Origin: a bacterium
GTDB taxonomy: Bacteria > Patescibacteriota > Minisyncoccia > UBA6257 > Colwellbacteraceae
Assembly: GCA_021811305.1 (NCBI GenBank)
Contig: JAJZPD010000001.1
Coordinates: 1-35,447 of the forward strand
Reading direction: 5' to 3'
Length of the DNA stretch: 35,447 bases
The notes below the pieces were generated by a model, which was not told the origin of the DNA, ran no database searches, and saw only the letters and a program-made list of their open reading frames with translations. This document shows, piece after piece, positions 17,223 to 24,168 of this stretch. The position numbers and the translations under genes are program-made. The stretch's first letter is position 1; each line of letters starts with the position of its first letter.

Positions 17223-17669
17223 CTAAAGCTCGTAGCGAATAAACCGTTCGATGGTTATATTCTCCCCAACCTTGGCGATGGTTTCTTTGACCAAGTCGCC
17301 GATCGTTGTTTTTTCGTTGCGAATGAACGGCTGCTCCAGAAGAGCCGGCACGTCAGCCGGATCCATCGCGGCGATCTGCATGGTGATGTTGTGCGCCAGT
17401 TCGCGGAACGGTTCCGATCGGCCGACGAAGTCGGTTTCGCAATGTATTTCCAACATAACTCCGATTCGGTCGTTGTGAATGTAAGACTCGATGATTCCGG
17501 TCGTTGCGGCGCGGCCGGCCTTTTTTTCGGCGATGATAACTCCCCTCTCCTTAATCAGCTCCAACGCTTGATCAAAATCTCCGTCGGCCTCCTCCAGCGC
17601 TTTTTTGCAGTCCATCACTCCGGCGCTGGTCATCTCCCTAAGTTTTTGAACGTCGCTAGCTTTGATCAT
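17223..17669 (-). CDS. tsf: translation elongation factor Ts (short form, 148 aa)
   Basis: UBA-like N-terminus VQKLREMTSAGVMDCKKALEEADGDFDQALELIKERG, then IIESYIHNDRIGVMLEIHCETDFV. It sits downstream of rpsB. Confidence 0.9.
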   Translation of the reverse strand: MIKASDVQKLREMTSAGVMDCKKALEEADGDFDQALELIKERGVIIAEKKAGRAATTGIIESYIHNDRIGVMLEIHCETDFVGRSEPFRELAHNITMQIAAMDPADVPALLEQPFIRNEKTTIGDLVKETIAKVGENITIERFIRYEL

Positions 17670-17673
17670 TTTT

Positions 17674-18471
17674 TTATTGTTCGTTTTTTACTTCTTCTTG
17701 CTTGGCGGCCGACTCAAACTCCTTTCTGCCCTCCTTAACGGCGCGGCCGATAACTTCTATTACATTATCTATCACCTGCACCGACTTGTCATTAACCGGG
17801 ACGGCATAGTCGGCTAAATCGGGATTGGCGTTGGTGTTTACGGTCGCGATGACGGCGATGCCGGCTTTTCTCGCCTCGCGGGCCGCCAGCGTATTATTCT
17901 TTAAATCGACTATGAAGGCGGCTGTCGGCATCCGATCGAGATAGAAGAGGCCGTGGAAAAACTTGTCCAACCTCTCGAGTTCCTTCATAATGCCAAACCT
18001 TTCCTTCTTTGTGTACTTCTCCAGCCGTCCGCCTTCCTGATCCTCCTTAAGTTTCCGGAGTTGAGAGATGCGCTGCGAAATAACGCGAAAGTTGGTCAGA
18101 GTTCCTCCCAGCCACCTCTCGGTGACGTATGGCATCTGCAACTCGTCCGCCAGGCTCTTTACAGCGTTCTTGGCGGCTGGCGTCGTGCCGACGAAGAGAA
18201 TGGTCCCGCCGCTCCTGGCCTTGGCCTTAAGAACCTCGGCGGCCTTATCCAGCGCCTCCACAGTCTTTTCCAAGTCGATAACCTCGGCCCCCGAGCGGGT
18301 CGCGATGATATAGGGGCGCATCTTCGGGTTGGTCCTGGATTTGCTTAATCCATAAAAAGCTCCGATTTCCATCAAAGATTTTATTCTTGCCTCCTCGGCT
18401 TCATTCAGCTGCCTGGCAGGAGCTTCTTCTATAGCGGCGTTCTCTACCGCGTCTTCTAATATCTGATCCAT
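17674..18471 (-). CDS. rpsB: 30S ribosomal protein S2
   Basis: 265 aa. LMEIGAFYGLSKSRTNPKMRPYI, ILFVGTTPAAK, RWLGGTLTNF, and IAVIATVNTNANPDLADYAVPVNDKS. Confidence 0.95.
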   Translation of the reverse strand: MDQILEDAVENAAIEEAPARQLNEAEEARIKSLMEIGAFYGLSKSRTNPKMRPYIIATRSGAEVIDLEKTVEALDKAAEVLKAKARSGGTILFVGTTPAAKNAVKSLADELQMPYVTERWLGGTLTNFRVISQRISQLRKLKEDQEGGRLEKYTKKERFGIMKELERLDKFFHGLFYLDRMPTAAFIVDLKNNTLAAREARKAGIAVIATVNTNANPDLADYAVPVNDKSVQVIDNVIEVIGRAVKEGRKEFESAAKQEEVKNEQ

Positions 18472-18479
18472 ACGGGCGT

Positions 18480-18508
18480 ATTATATCCTTATTTTGCCTT
18501 GTGTTCAA
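18480..18508 (-). promoter_or_regulatory. rpsB-tsf promoter (TTGAAC-17-TATAAT), 8 nt from the ATG
   Basis: -10 at 18480-18485 and -35 at 18503-18508 (inside the trmD 3' end). ATG at 18469-18471. No SD. Confidence 0.6.
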
Positions 18509-19172
18509 GCCTCCACTTCTCAATCGCTCGGTGATTGCCGGAAAGCAACTCCTCGGGCACCCGGTATTTTTTTCCCCTCCGGGCAAAAACCTCGGGCCGG
18601 GTGAATACCGGTACCCCGACACCGTGGCGCCTCTCTTCGACCGACTCCTCTTTCCCGAGCGCTCCCGGCAGACGGCGCGATACCGCATCTATGACCGCCA
18701 TCGCTGGAACTTCGCCGCCGGTCAGCACGTACGGACCGATTGAAAGCTCGTTCACCTTCCATCCGGATTTTTTCAGAATGGGAACAAGACGGGCGTCGAT
18801 TCCTTCGTAATGGCCGCAGACGAAAACCAAGTGCTTCCGCCTCCTGGCCCACAAGTCGGCCGTCTTCTGGTCAAATTGCTTTCCGCCGGCAGCAAAAACG
18901 ACGACCTCGGTTTCGCTTTTTTTGGCGCCAGACCCCAATACTTTGGCGACATGATCCATCGCCGACACAAGCGGCTGGAGCATCAAGACCATTCCGGGGC
19001 CGCCGCCGTAAGGGCGGTCATCAACCTTCTTGTGCTTGCTCTCGGAAAAGCTGCGCAGATCGTGGAGCCGTATTTTTATCAATTTCTTTTTCTCCGCCCG
19101 ACCGATAATCGACTCTTCCAAATATCCTTTTATTGAATCCGGGAAAATGGTTATAACGTCAAAAGTTATCAT
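18489..19172 (-). CDS. trmD: tRNA (guanine37-N1)-methyltransferase
   Basis: 227 aa. MITFDVITIFPD, VDDRPYGGGPGMVL, CGHYEGIDARL, and SIGPYVLTGGEVPAMAVIDAV. Confidence 0.95.
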   Translation of the reverse strand: MITFDVITIFPDSIKGYLEESIIGRAEKKKLIKIRLHDLRSFSESKHKKVDDRPYGGGPGMVLMLQPLVSAMDHVAKVLGSGAKKSETEVVVFAAGGKQFDQKTADLWARRRKHLVFVCGHYEGIDARLVPILKKSGWKVNELSIGPYVLTGGEVPAMAVIDAVSRRLPGALGKEESVEERRHGVGVPVFTRPEVFARRGKKYRVPEELLSGNHRAIEKWRLEHKAK

Positions 19173-19180
19173 TTTAAATA

Positions 19181-19245
19181 AAGAAGCGGCCGCGGCTGCG
19201 CAAGATATTCAGCCGAGGCCGCCAATGCGCACTTAGCCGCTTCTT
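19181..19245 (-). terminator. long imperfect hairpin between the KH-protein gene and trmD (attenuator or terminator candidate)
   Basis: AAGAAGCGGC (19181-19190) pairs with GCCGCTTCTT (19236-19245, overlapping the KH stop codon). There is inner TGCGCA/TGCGCA pairing. The minus-strand reading is followed by tatttaaa. Confidence 0.3.
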
Positions 19246-19564
19246 AAGAAGTCGCCTCTTCGTACTGCTCGAAACCATTCTCTTCGCGCCGATTCTCCGA
19301 CGGCTTGCGGCCGCCCTCCGGTTCCTCGATCTTCAGGGTAACGCGAGCGTTGTTCTTGATGCCGACGATTCGTAATAAAGAACGGATCGCTTTCGCGGTG
19401 CTGCCGTCTCGGCCAATAACCTGCCCCATGTCCTGCGGACTTACTTTCAGGGTCAGTAAGACGCCCATTTCGTCTATTTTCCGATCGATCTTGACCTCTT
19501 CGGGATGATCAACGATAGACTTAATGATAAATTCAAGGAACTTCTCGTCAGCTTGATCTGCCAT
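19244..19564 (-). CDS. KH-domain RNA-binding protein (UPF0109/KhpA-like)
   Basis: 106 aa. FLEFIIKSIVDHPEEVKIDRKIDEMGVLLTLKVSPQDMGQVIGRDGSTAKAIRSLL carries the GxxG KH signature. It occupies the canonical slot after rpsP. Confidence 0.85.
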   Translation of the reverse strand: MADQADEKFLEFIIKSIVDHPEEVKIDRKIDEMGVLLTLKVSPQDMGQVIGRDGSTAKAIRSLLRIVGIKNNARVTLKIEEPEGGRKPSENRREENGFEQYEEATS

Positions 19565-19614
19565 GAGTTCTTCTGAGTTTTTTCGACCTTTGAGGCCTCT
19601 TATTCAGTAAAGCG

Positions 19615-19881
19615 TTATTCAGCAGCTCCCTTCTGCGGAACTGCTTCTTTCTTGGGTTTAAACTTCCGTAAAACCATCTGAGCGGTTAAAGTCGGCTTGG
19701 CGCCCTGGTTAATCCAATACCGGGCCCTTTCAAGGTTAATATCCGAAGAGTTCGTGTGGGGACTGTACCACCCCAAATCTTCGATAAACTTCCCCTGCAA
19801 CTTGCTGCGCTTTTCTTGCACAACCAAGCGGAAAGAGCGGGCGTGCTTCTTGCCAACGATTTTTAGTCTGATAGCCAACAT
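19615..19881 (-). CDS. rpsP: 30S ribosomal protein S16
   Basis: 88 aa. MLAIRLKIVGKKHARSFRLVVQEKRSKLQGKFIEDLGWYSP. Confidence 0.95.
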   Translation of the reverse strand: MLAIRLKIVGKKHARSFRLVVQEKRSKLQGKFIEDLGWYSPHTNSSDINLERARYWINQGAKPTLTAQMVLRKFKPKKEAVPQKGAAE

Positions 19882-19890
19882 GATTTTTCA

Positions 19891-19918
19891 ATTATAGCAA
19901 TCAACGGTTCTTTGTCAA
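19891..19918 (-). promoter_or_regulatory. perfect-consensus promoter TTGACA-16-TATAAT, 9 nt from the rpsP ATG
   Basis: -35 at 19913-19918 (overlaps the smc stop codon) and -10 at 19891-19896. ATG at 19879-19881. No SD in the 9-nt gap (tgaaaaatc). Confidence 0.7.
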
Positions 19919-22038
19919 AGCTCGGCTGGAGTTTGTCCTTCGGGAGACAGCTTCAGCGAGAGGATGCGCGACGCTCCTTCGGGCGTCATCGTCACTCCGT
20001 AGAGGATATCGGCCGCCTCCATAACCGCGCGGTTATGGGTGACGATTATGAACTGCGTCTTTCTCGCAAACTTCTTGACCATCTCCCCCAGGCGACGGGC
20101 GTTGCGCTCATCCAAAGTCGCGTCAATCTCGTCTAAAACTAAGAAGGGCGGCGGACTGACTGAAATGAGAGCGAAAAGCGCGGCGATGGAAACCAAGCTC
20201 TTCTCCCCGCCGGAAAGCGCCTCGAGATTCTTAATGCGCTTCTTCGGCAGGTTGATGTCTACCTCAACGCCGGGGACCCTTTCCGTCTCAGGGCCATTAT
20301 TTTCTCCGGAGCCGGCTTCAACTTTTTCCATGGTAAGGTGGCCGCTGCCGCCGTCGAACATTATTTTCATAAACTTATCGAACTCTTCGTCAATCGATTT
20401 GAATGCCGCGGAAAAATTCTCGTGAATCTGTCCGTCCAGCTCTTTAATAAGGGTCCTCAGGTCGGCAATCGACTTCTCAAGATCGGAAATCTGGCTAACC
20501 AGAAATTCATGCCGAGCCTCCGTCTCCTCCGCCTCCTTCATCGTCCCCTGGTCGATGTCACCAATCGAGGCCAGTTCCTGGCGGTAACGCAAAATCTGAC
20601 GTTTAGCCGCCTCACGCTCCTCTTCTGGAAGGTTTCCGGCGCCTTCCTTTAGCTCGCCTATGCCGCGTCCGGCCTCGGATAGCTCTCGCGTAATCTCCTG
20701 GAGGCGGAACTCAAGCTTTTCCTTATCCAAAAGCAAACGGTTCAACCGCTGAATGAAGGCCTCTGTTTCCCTTTTCTTTCCCTCAAGCGCCAAGAACGCC
20801 TGGCGGAACTTTTCGTTAAACTCGCGGATACCCGAGCTGAAGCTTTCCTCCTCTTTCTCCAGTTCAGCCATCCCTTTCTCAAGTTCGGTAATCTTTTCCG
20901 CAATAAGCCGCCTTTCTTCGCCGGCATCGGGGATCACCTCGCGGCGCTCTTCCGTCTCCGTAAAAAGCGCGGCTAGCGATTCGAGCTTGCGCCGAACCTC
21001 GGAGAAGTCTTCCTCCCGCAAGGCCTCGGCGACCAGCCGCTTAGCTTCATCCACCATCTTCTTTAATTTAACGACGTCAGCCCCGCCTTGGCGCGTTCCG
21101 ATTTCCAACTTCGCCTCGATTCTGCCCAACTCCCTCTGCAACTCGCCTTTCTTAGCTAACAGCTCGTCTTTGCGCAGCTTAATCGATTTCAAGGCTTCGT
21201 TCGCGGCCGGCTCCGAATCTTTGATTCTAGCCAGCTCCTTTTCCGCGGCCCTCTCCTCCTCCTTCTTCACCAAAATCTCTTTTTCCACCGCTTGCCTTTC
21301 TTTCTCCAATTCAACTAGTTCGCGATTGATGTTCCAGACTTGTCCGCCGTAAAAGCGATCTTCCAACTCTGTAAGCGACTGCAGTATCGTCTCGCGATTG
21401 CGGTATCTAGTCACTTGGCGCCGCAAAAAACTAAGATGCGGCTTGATCTCTTCGATCAGGGCCGCGGCTTTTTCCAGGTTGTCTTCGGAGTTCTTCAGCC
21501 GGCGTTCGGCTTCGGCTTTCTTCAAGCGAAACTCCTTCAACCCGAGGATCTCCTCTATCATTACTCGTCGCTCAAGCGGCAGCGAGCGGATGAAAATGTC
21601 GCTCTCCCCTTGGTTGACCGTGGTAAGCCCGCGGGCGCCCAGCCGCGACTTGGCAAAAAAGTCGATAATGTCCTTCAACCTGACTTCCGACTTATTTAAA
21701 AAAACCTGCGTGGTCCCGTCTCGGCTGATGCGGCGGGATACGGAAACCTCGTTGAAATCAACCGGGAAAAATCCGGTGGAGTTGTCAAAAAAAAGCGTAG
21801 CCTGCGCCAGGCCGGCCCGCGGCTTATTCTGCGTGCCGGCGAAAATCAGGTCTTCAGCGCGGCCGCTGCGGAGATTTTTTGCGTCGCGCTCTCCTAAGAT
21901 CCAGCGCAAAGCATCGGTGATGTTGGACTTGCCGGAGCCGTTAGGTCCGACAACGGCGATGATGTTGCTGTCGAGATCCAGAGTAATCTTGTCGGCGAAG
22001 GACTTGAATCCCTGCAGTTCGAGGCGCTTAAGAAACAT
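19915..22038 (-). CDS. smc: SMC-family chromosome partition ATPase, unusually short (707 aa), no recognisable hinge
   Basis: SMC N-head: [17 protein letters not shown]...VVGPNGSGKSNITDALRWILGE. C-head: LSGGEKSLVSIAALFALI...FLVLDEIDATLD...IIVTHNRAVMEAADILYGVTM. Everything between the two heads is E/K/R/L-rich coiled coil. Confidence 0.88.
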   Translation of the reverse strand: MFLKRLELQGFKSFADKITLDLDSNIIAVVGPNGSGKSNITDALRWILGERDAKNLRSGRAEDLIFAGTQNKPRAGLAQATLFFDNSTGFFPVDFNEVSVSRRISRDGTTQVFLNKSEVRLKDIIDFFAKSRLGARGLTTVNQGESDIFIRSLPLERRVMIEEILGLKEFRLKKAEAERRLKNSEDNLEKAAALIEEIKPHLSFLRRQVTRYRNRETILQSLTELEDRFYGGQVWNINRELVELEKERQAVEKEILVKKEEERAAEKELARIKDSEPAANEALKSIKLRKDELLAKKGELQRELGRIEAKLEIGTRQGGADVVKLKKMVDEAKRLVAEALREEDFSEVRRKLESLAALFTETEERREVIPDAGEERRLIAEKITELEKGMAELEKEEESFSSGIREFNEKFRQAFLALEGKKRETEAFIQRLNRLLLDKEKLEFRLQEITRELSEAGRGIGELKEGAGNLPEEEREAAKRQILRYRQELASIGDIDQGTMKEAEETEARHEFLVSQISDLEKSIADLRTLIKELDGQIHENFSAAFKSIDEEFDKFMKIMFDGGSGHLTMEKVEAGSGENNGPETERVPGVEVDINLPKKRIKNLEALSGGEKSLVSIAALFALISVSPPPFLVLDEIDATLDERNARRLGEMVKKFARKTQFIIVTHNRAVMEAADILYGVTMTPEGASRILSLKLSPEGQTPAEL

Positions 22039-22735
22039 GGTTGTCGCTCCTTAACCCGGCCAAAGCCTTCTCGGCGGCGTTTATTTCCGCCTCCTGCTTC
22101 GATCCCCCCTCTCCCTCGGCTTGCAGCTCTTCGCCGAAATATAATCCGACTTTAAAAACCCTTTCATGCGCCGGCCCAGTTTCAGAGATCACCTTGTATG
22201 TTGGCGTGAGCTTCAACTTTTCCTGAGCAATCTCCTGGACTAAGCTCTTCGGATCCTTTCCCCCGGAACGCAAAACCTCTTCGATGTTCGGGAAAATAAA
22301 CCTGGCAATGAACTGCTTGGCCGCGGCGAACCCGGCATCCAGATAGACGGCGCCGATAATCGCCTCGACGGCATCGGCCATGATCGACTCATGCCCCTTG
22401 GCTTTTCCGAAGTCCTTCGCCTCCCCTTTAGAGACTAAAAGCCTTCTAGCTAAGCCGATTTGTTCCGCCACGCGCCCGAGCATCTTGTAGTTGACCAGGG
22501 ATGCGCGGTAAGCGGTCAGCTCTCCCTCCTCCTTATCGGGCAGGAGCTTAAAGAGCTCTTCCGTAACAATGAGTTCTAGCACCGCATCGCCTAAAAATTC
22601 CAGGCGCTCGTTGTTGTCGTACTGCCAGCCCGGGTTTTCGTTAAGATAGGAGCGGTGGGTCAGCGCCTCTTGCAAGAGGTCTTTATTATGAAAATCGGTA
22701 CCGATCTCCTGCTCCAGTTCATTCAAGGGATTCAT
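22028..22735 (-). CDS. rnc: ribonuclease III
   Basis: 235 aa with the signature [14 protein letters not shown] and a C-terminal dsRBD ([12 protein letters not shown]...[16 protein letters not shown]). Confidence 0.96.
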   Translation of the reverse strand: MNPLNELEQEIGTDFHNKDLLQEALTHRSYLNENPGWQYDNNERLEFLGDAVLELIVTEELFKLLPDKEEGELTAYRASLVNYKMLGRVAEQIGLARRLLVSKGEAKDFGKAKGHESIMADAVEAIIGAVYLDAGFAAAKQFIARFIFPNIEEVLRSGGKDPKSLVQEIAQEKLKLTPTYKVISETGPAHERVFKVGLYFGEELQAEGEGGSKQEAEINAAEKALAGLRSDNHVS

Positions 22736-23219
22736 CTTTTTTCTCAGAAATATTGTTTTCCGGACTAGCCAAAGGTGAGATCTTCACGTCCGCGTTCGGA
22801 TCGATCTGGCGATAAATAGTGCCCAAGACCCCGTTGATAAACTTGCTGGAATTCTGCCCACCGTAGGTTTTAGCTAACTCAACCGCTTCGTTGATAGCCA
22901 CTCGCGGCGGAACGTCCATCGTCTTCCCATAAATAAGCTCGTAAAGCCCAATGCGCAAAATATTGCGATCGATAAAAGAAAGCTTTTCCACCGGCCAGTC
23001 CGGAGCGGCCATGCCGATGATTTTGTTTAATTCGTCGAACTTCCCTTGCACGCCCTCGGTCAAGGCGTAAACGTATTTAAAATCCCGATCCTCGAACCCA
23101 GGTCCGAACTCGGTAACATTGCGATCGACTACCGCCTTAAGCTCCTCGTGGCGATCATAAAAATCCCATTCGTAGAGAGACTGCAAAACCAGTGATCTTC
23201 CTAGCGCTCGCGAAGCCAT
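22719..23219 (-). CDS. nusB: transcription antitermination factor NusB
   Basis: 166 aa. [17 protein letters not shown] ... [37 protein letters not shown]. Confidence 0.9.
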   Translation of the reverse strand: MASRALGRSLVLQSLYEWDFYDRHEELKAVVDRNVTEFGPGFEDRDFKYVYALTEGVQGKFDELNKIIGMAAPDWPVEKLSFIDRNILRIGLYELIYGKTMDVPPRVAINEAVELAKTYGGQNSSKFINGVLGTIYRQIDPNADVKISPLASPENNISEKKDESLE

Positions 23220-23278
23220 GAGTTTTATTTTTTATAGGTTCTGGTGTTAACGAGTCGAATTAAATCCTAATTTTACTT

Positions 23279-23440
23279 CTATTTTTCCGCAGACGAATAA
23301 TAGCCGCAATGCCGGCAAGCTCGGTGCGGAAGCATCGGAAACTTGCACTTCGGGCACTCCGACAGATTGGTCGGCTTGAGCGCCAGATGACTGCGCCTTC
23401 TTCCGACTTTGGAAACGCTGTGATGACTTGATCTTCCCAT
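23279..23440 (-). CDS. rpmF: 50S ribosomal protein L32
   Basis: Not in the ORF track (53 aa). My translation gives [53 protein letters not shown]. It has the L32 pattern RR.SH.ALK..NL.ECP.C....LPHR.C..CGYY. Confidence 0.9.
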   Translation of the reverse strand: MGRSSHHSVSKVGRRRSHLALKPTNLSECPKCKFPMLPHRACRHCGYYSSAEK

Positions 23441-23466
23441 GGTTTTTAATCGATTAACGTTTTATG

Positions 23467-23494
23467 AGTATAGTTTTTGCCCGGGAAAAGTCAA
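23467..23494 (-). promoter_or_regulatory. rpmF promoter (TTGACT-16-TATACT)
   Basis: -35 at 23489-23494 and -10 at 23467-23472 on the minus strand, 26 nt from the ATG. Confidence 0.55.
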
Positions 23495-23568
23495 CTCACC
23501 GAGGCGGCGTCGGCCCCTTGGAAAGAGGCCGGCCTGCTTTTTTAAGGGCCGGCCCTTCTTTAAACCCG

Positions 23569-23775
23569 TTAGTCGAACCTGTTTTCAGCGACGTGGCGCT
23601 TAATCTCTTCGTTCAGCAGTTTTACGTGGCTTTCGTAGTCGGCCTCCAGCTTGGCCCAAAGGGCGCTGCAGTGCGAACATCCGCTGGCGGATTTGGCATA
23701 GTCCTTCATCCGCCACAGGCTGTCGGAAATCTCGGACATCTGGTGAACTAAATCGTGGTTCCAATCTTTAAGCAT
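23569..23775 (-). CDS. hypothetical small helical protein (68 aa)
   Basis: A clean ORF, MLKDWNHDLVHQMSEISDSLWRMKDYAKSASGCSHCSALWAKLEADYESHVKLLNEEIKRHVAENRFD. The composition is helical and protein-like. An AATTAT -10-like hexamer lies 6 nt upstream of the ATG. I do not recognise the family. Confidence 0.5.
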   Translation of the reverse strand: MLKDWNHDLVHQMSEISDSLWRMKDYAKSASGCSHCSALWAKLEADYESHVKLLNEEIKRHVAENRFD

Positions 23776-23813
23776 GAGAACATAATTGATTCGTTCGACC
23801 TTTAGTTAAGTAT

Positions 23814-24168
23814 AGCGCAAAAGAAGCGCAAAGATAAAAGCGCAAAATTTAAAAGAACTGATAAATAAGCGCAAAACGAAAAGCGCAAAATGCAAAAGAA
23901 CGAAAATTCTAAATCCGAAATACTAAATCTGAAACAAATTCGAAATTATAAATAAGAAATCACAAACACGGACGTGTTTCGTATTTGTGATTTATTATTT
24001 CTGATTTGTTTAGGATCTAGGAAACGCAAAGATTAAAGCGCAAAAGGCAAAGTAATTGACGATCGGCGCTTAGCCGTTATTTTTCGCTTTTAGTTTTTCG
24101 CTTTGCGCTCGCTTTGTCGTTATTTTGCGCTTTTAGCTTTTAGTTTTGCGTTTCTGGTTTTGCGCTTT
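23814..24168. repeat. palindromic GCGCAAAA/AAAGCG element, composite locus E (outer A-arm, nested AT-rich hairpin, complete inner unit, long T-arm)
   Basis: Outer A-arm 23814-23908. Inner AT-rich palindrome 23909-24019 (aaataagaaatcacaaa..tttgtgatttattattt). Inner unit 24021-24168 with the core attgacgatcggcgcttagccgttat. The T-arm end overlaps the pilin-like gene stop codon. Confidence 0.85.

Noticed and set aside
20753-22054. Plus-strand ORFs 20753..21352 and 21398..22054 (199 and 218 aa), both Ser-rich.
   Set aside because: They are the mirror image of the Glu/Lys/Leu-rich SMC coiled coil. The Ser/Phe/Leu repeats are an artefact of the reverse-complemented GAA/AAG codons.
23530-23562. The GGCCGGCC-containing inverted repeat between the 68-aa gene and rpmF, considered as a regulatory palindrome.
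   Set aside because: It is most simply a GC-rich terminator-like hairpin (aggccggcc...gggccggccct) after the 68-aa gene. GGCCGGCC is self-complementary, so the apparent symmetry is trivial.
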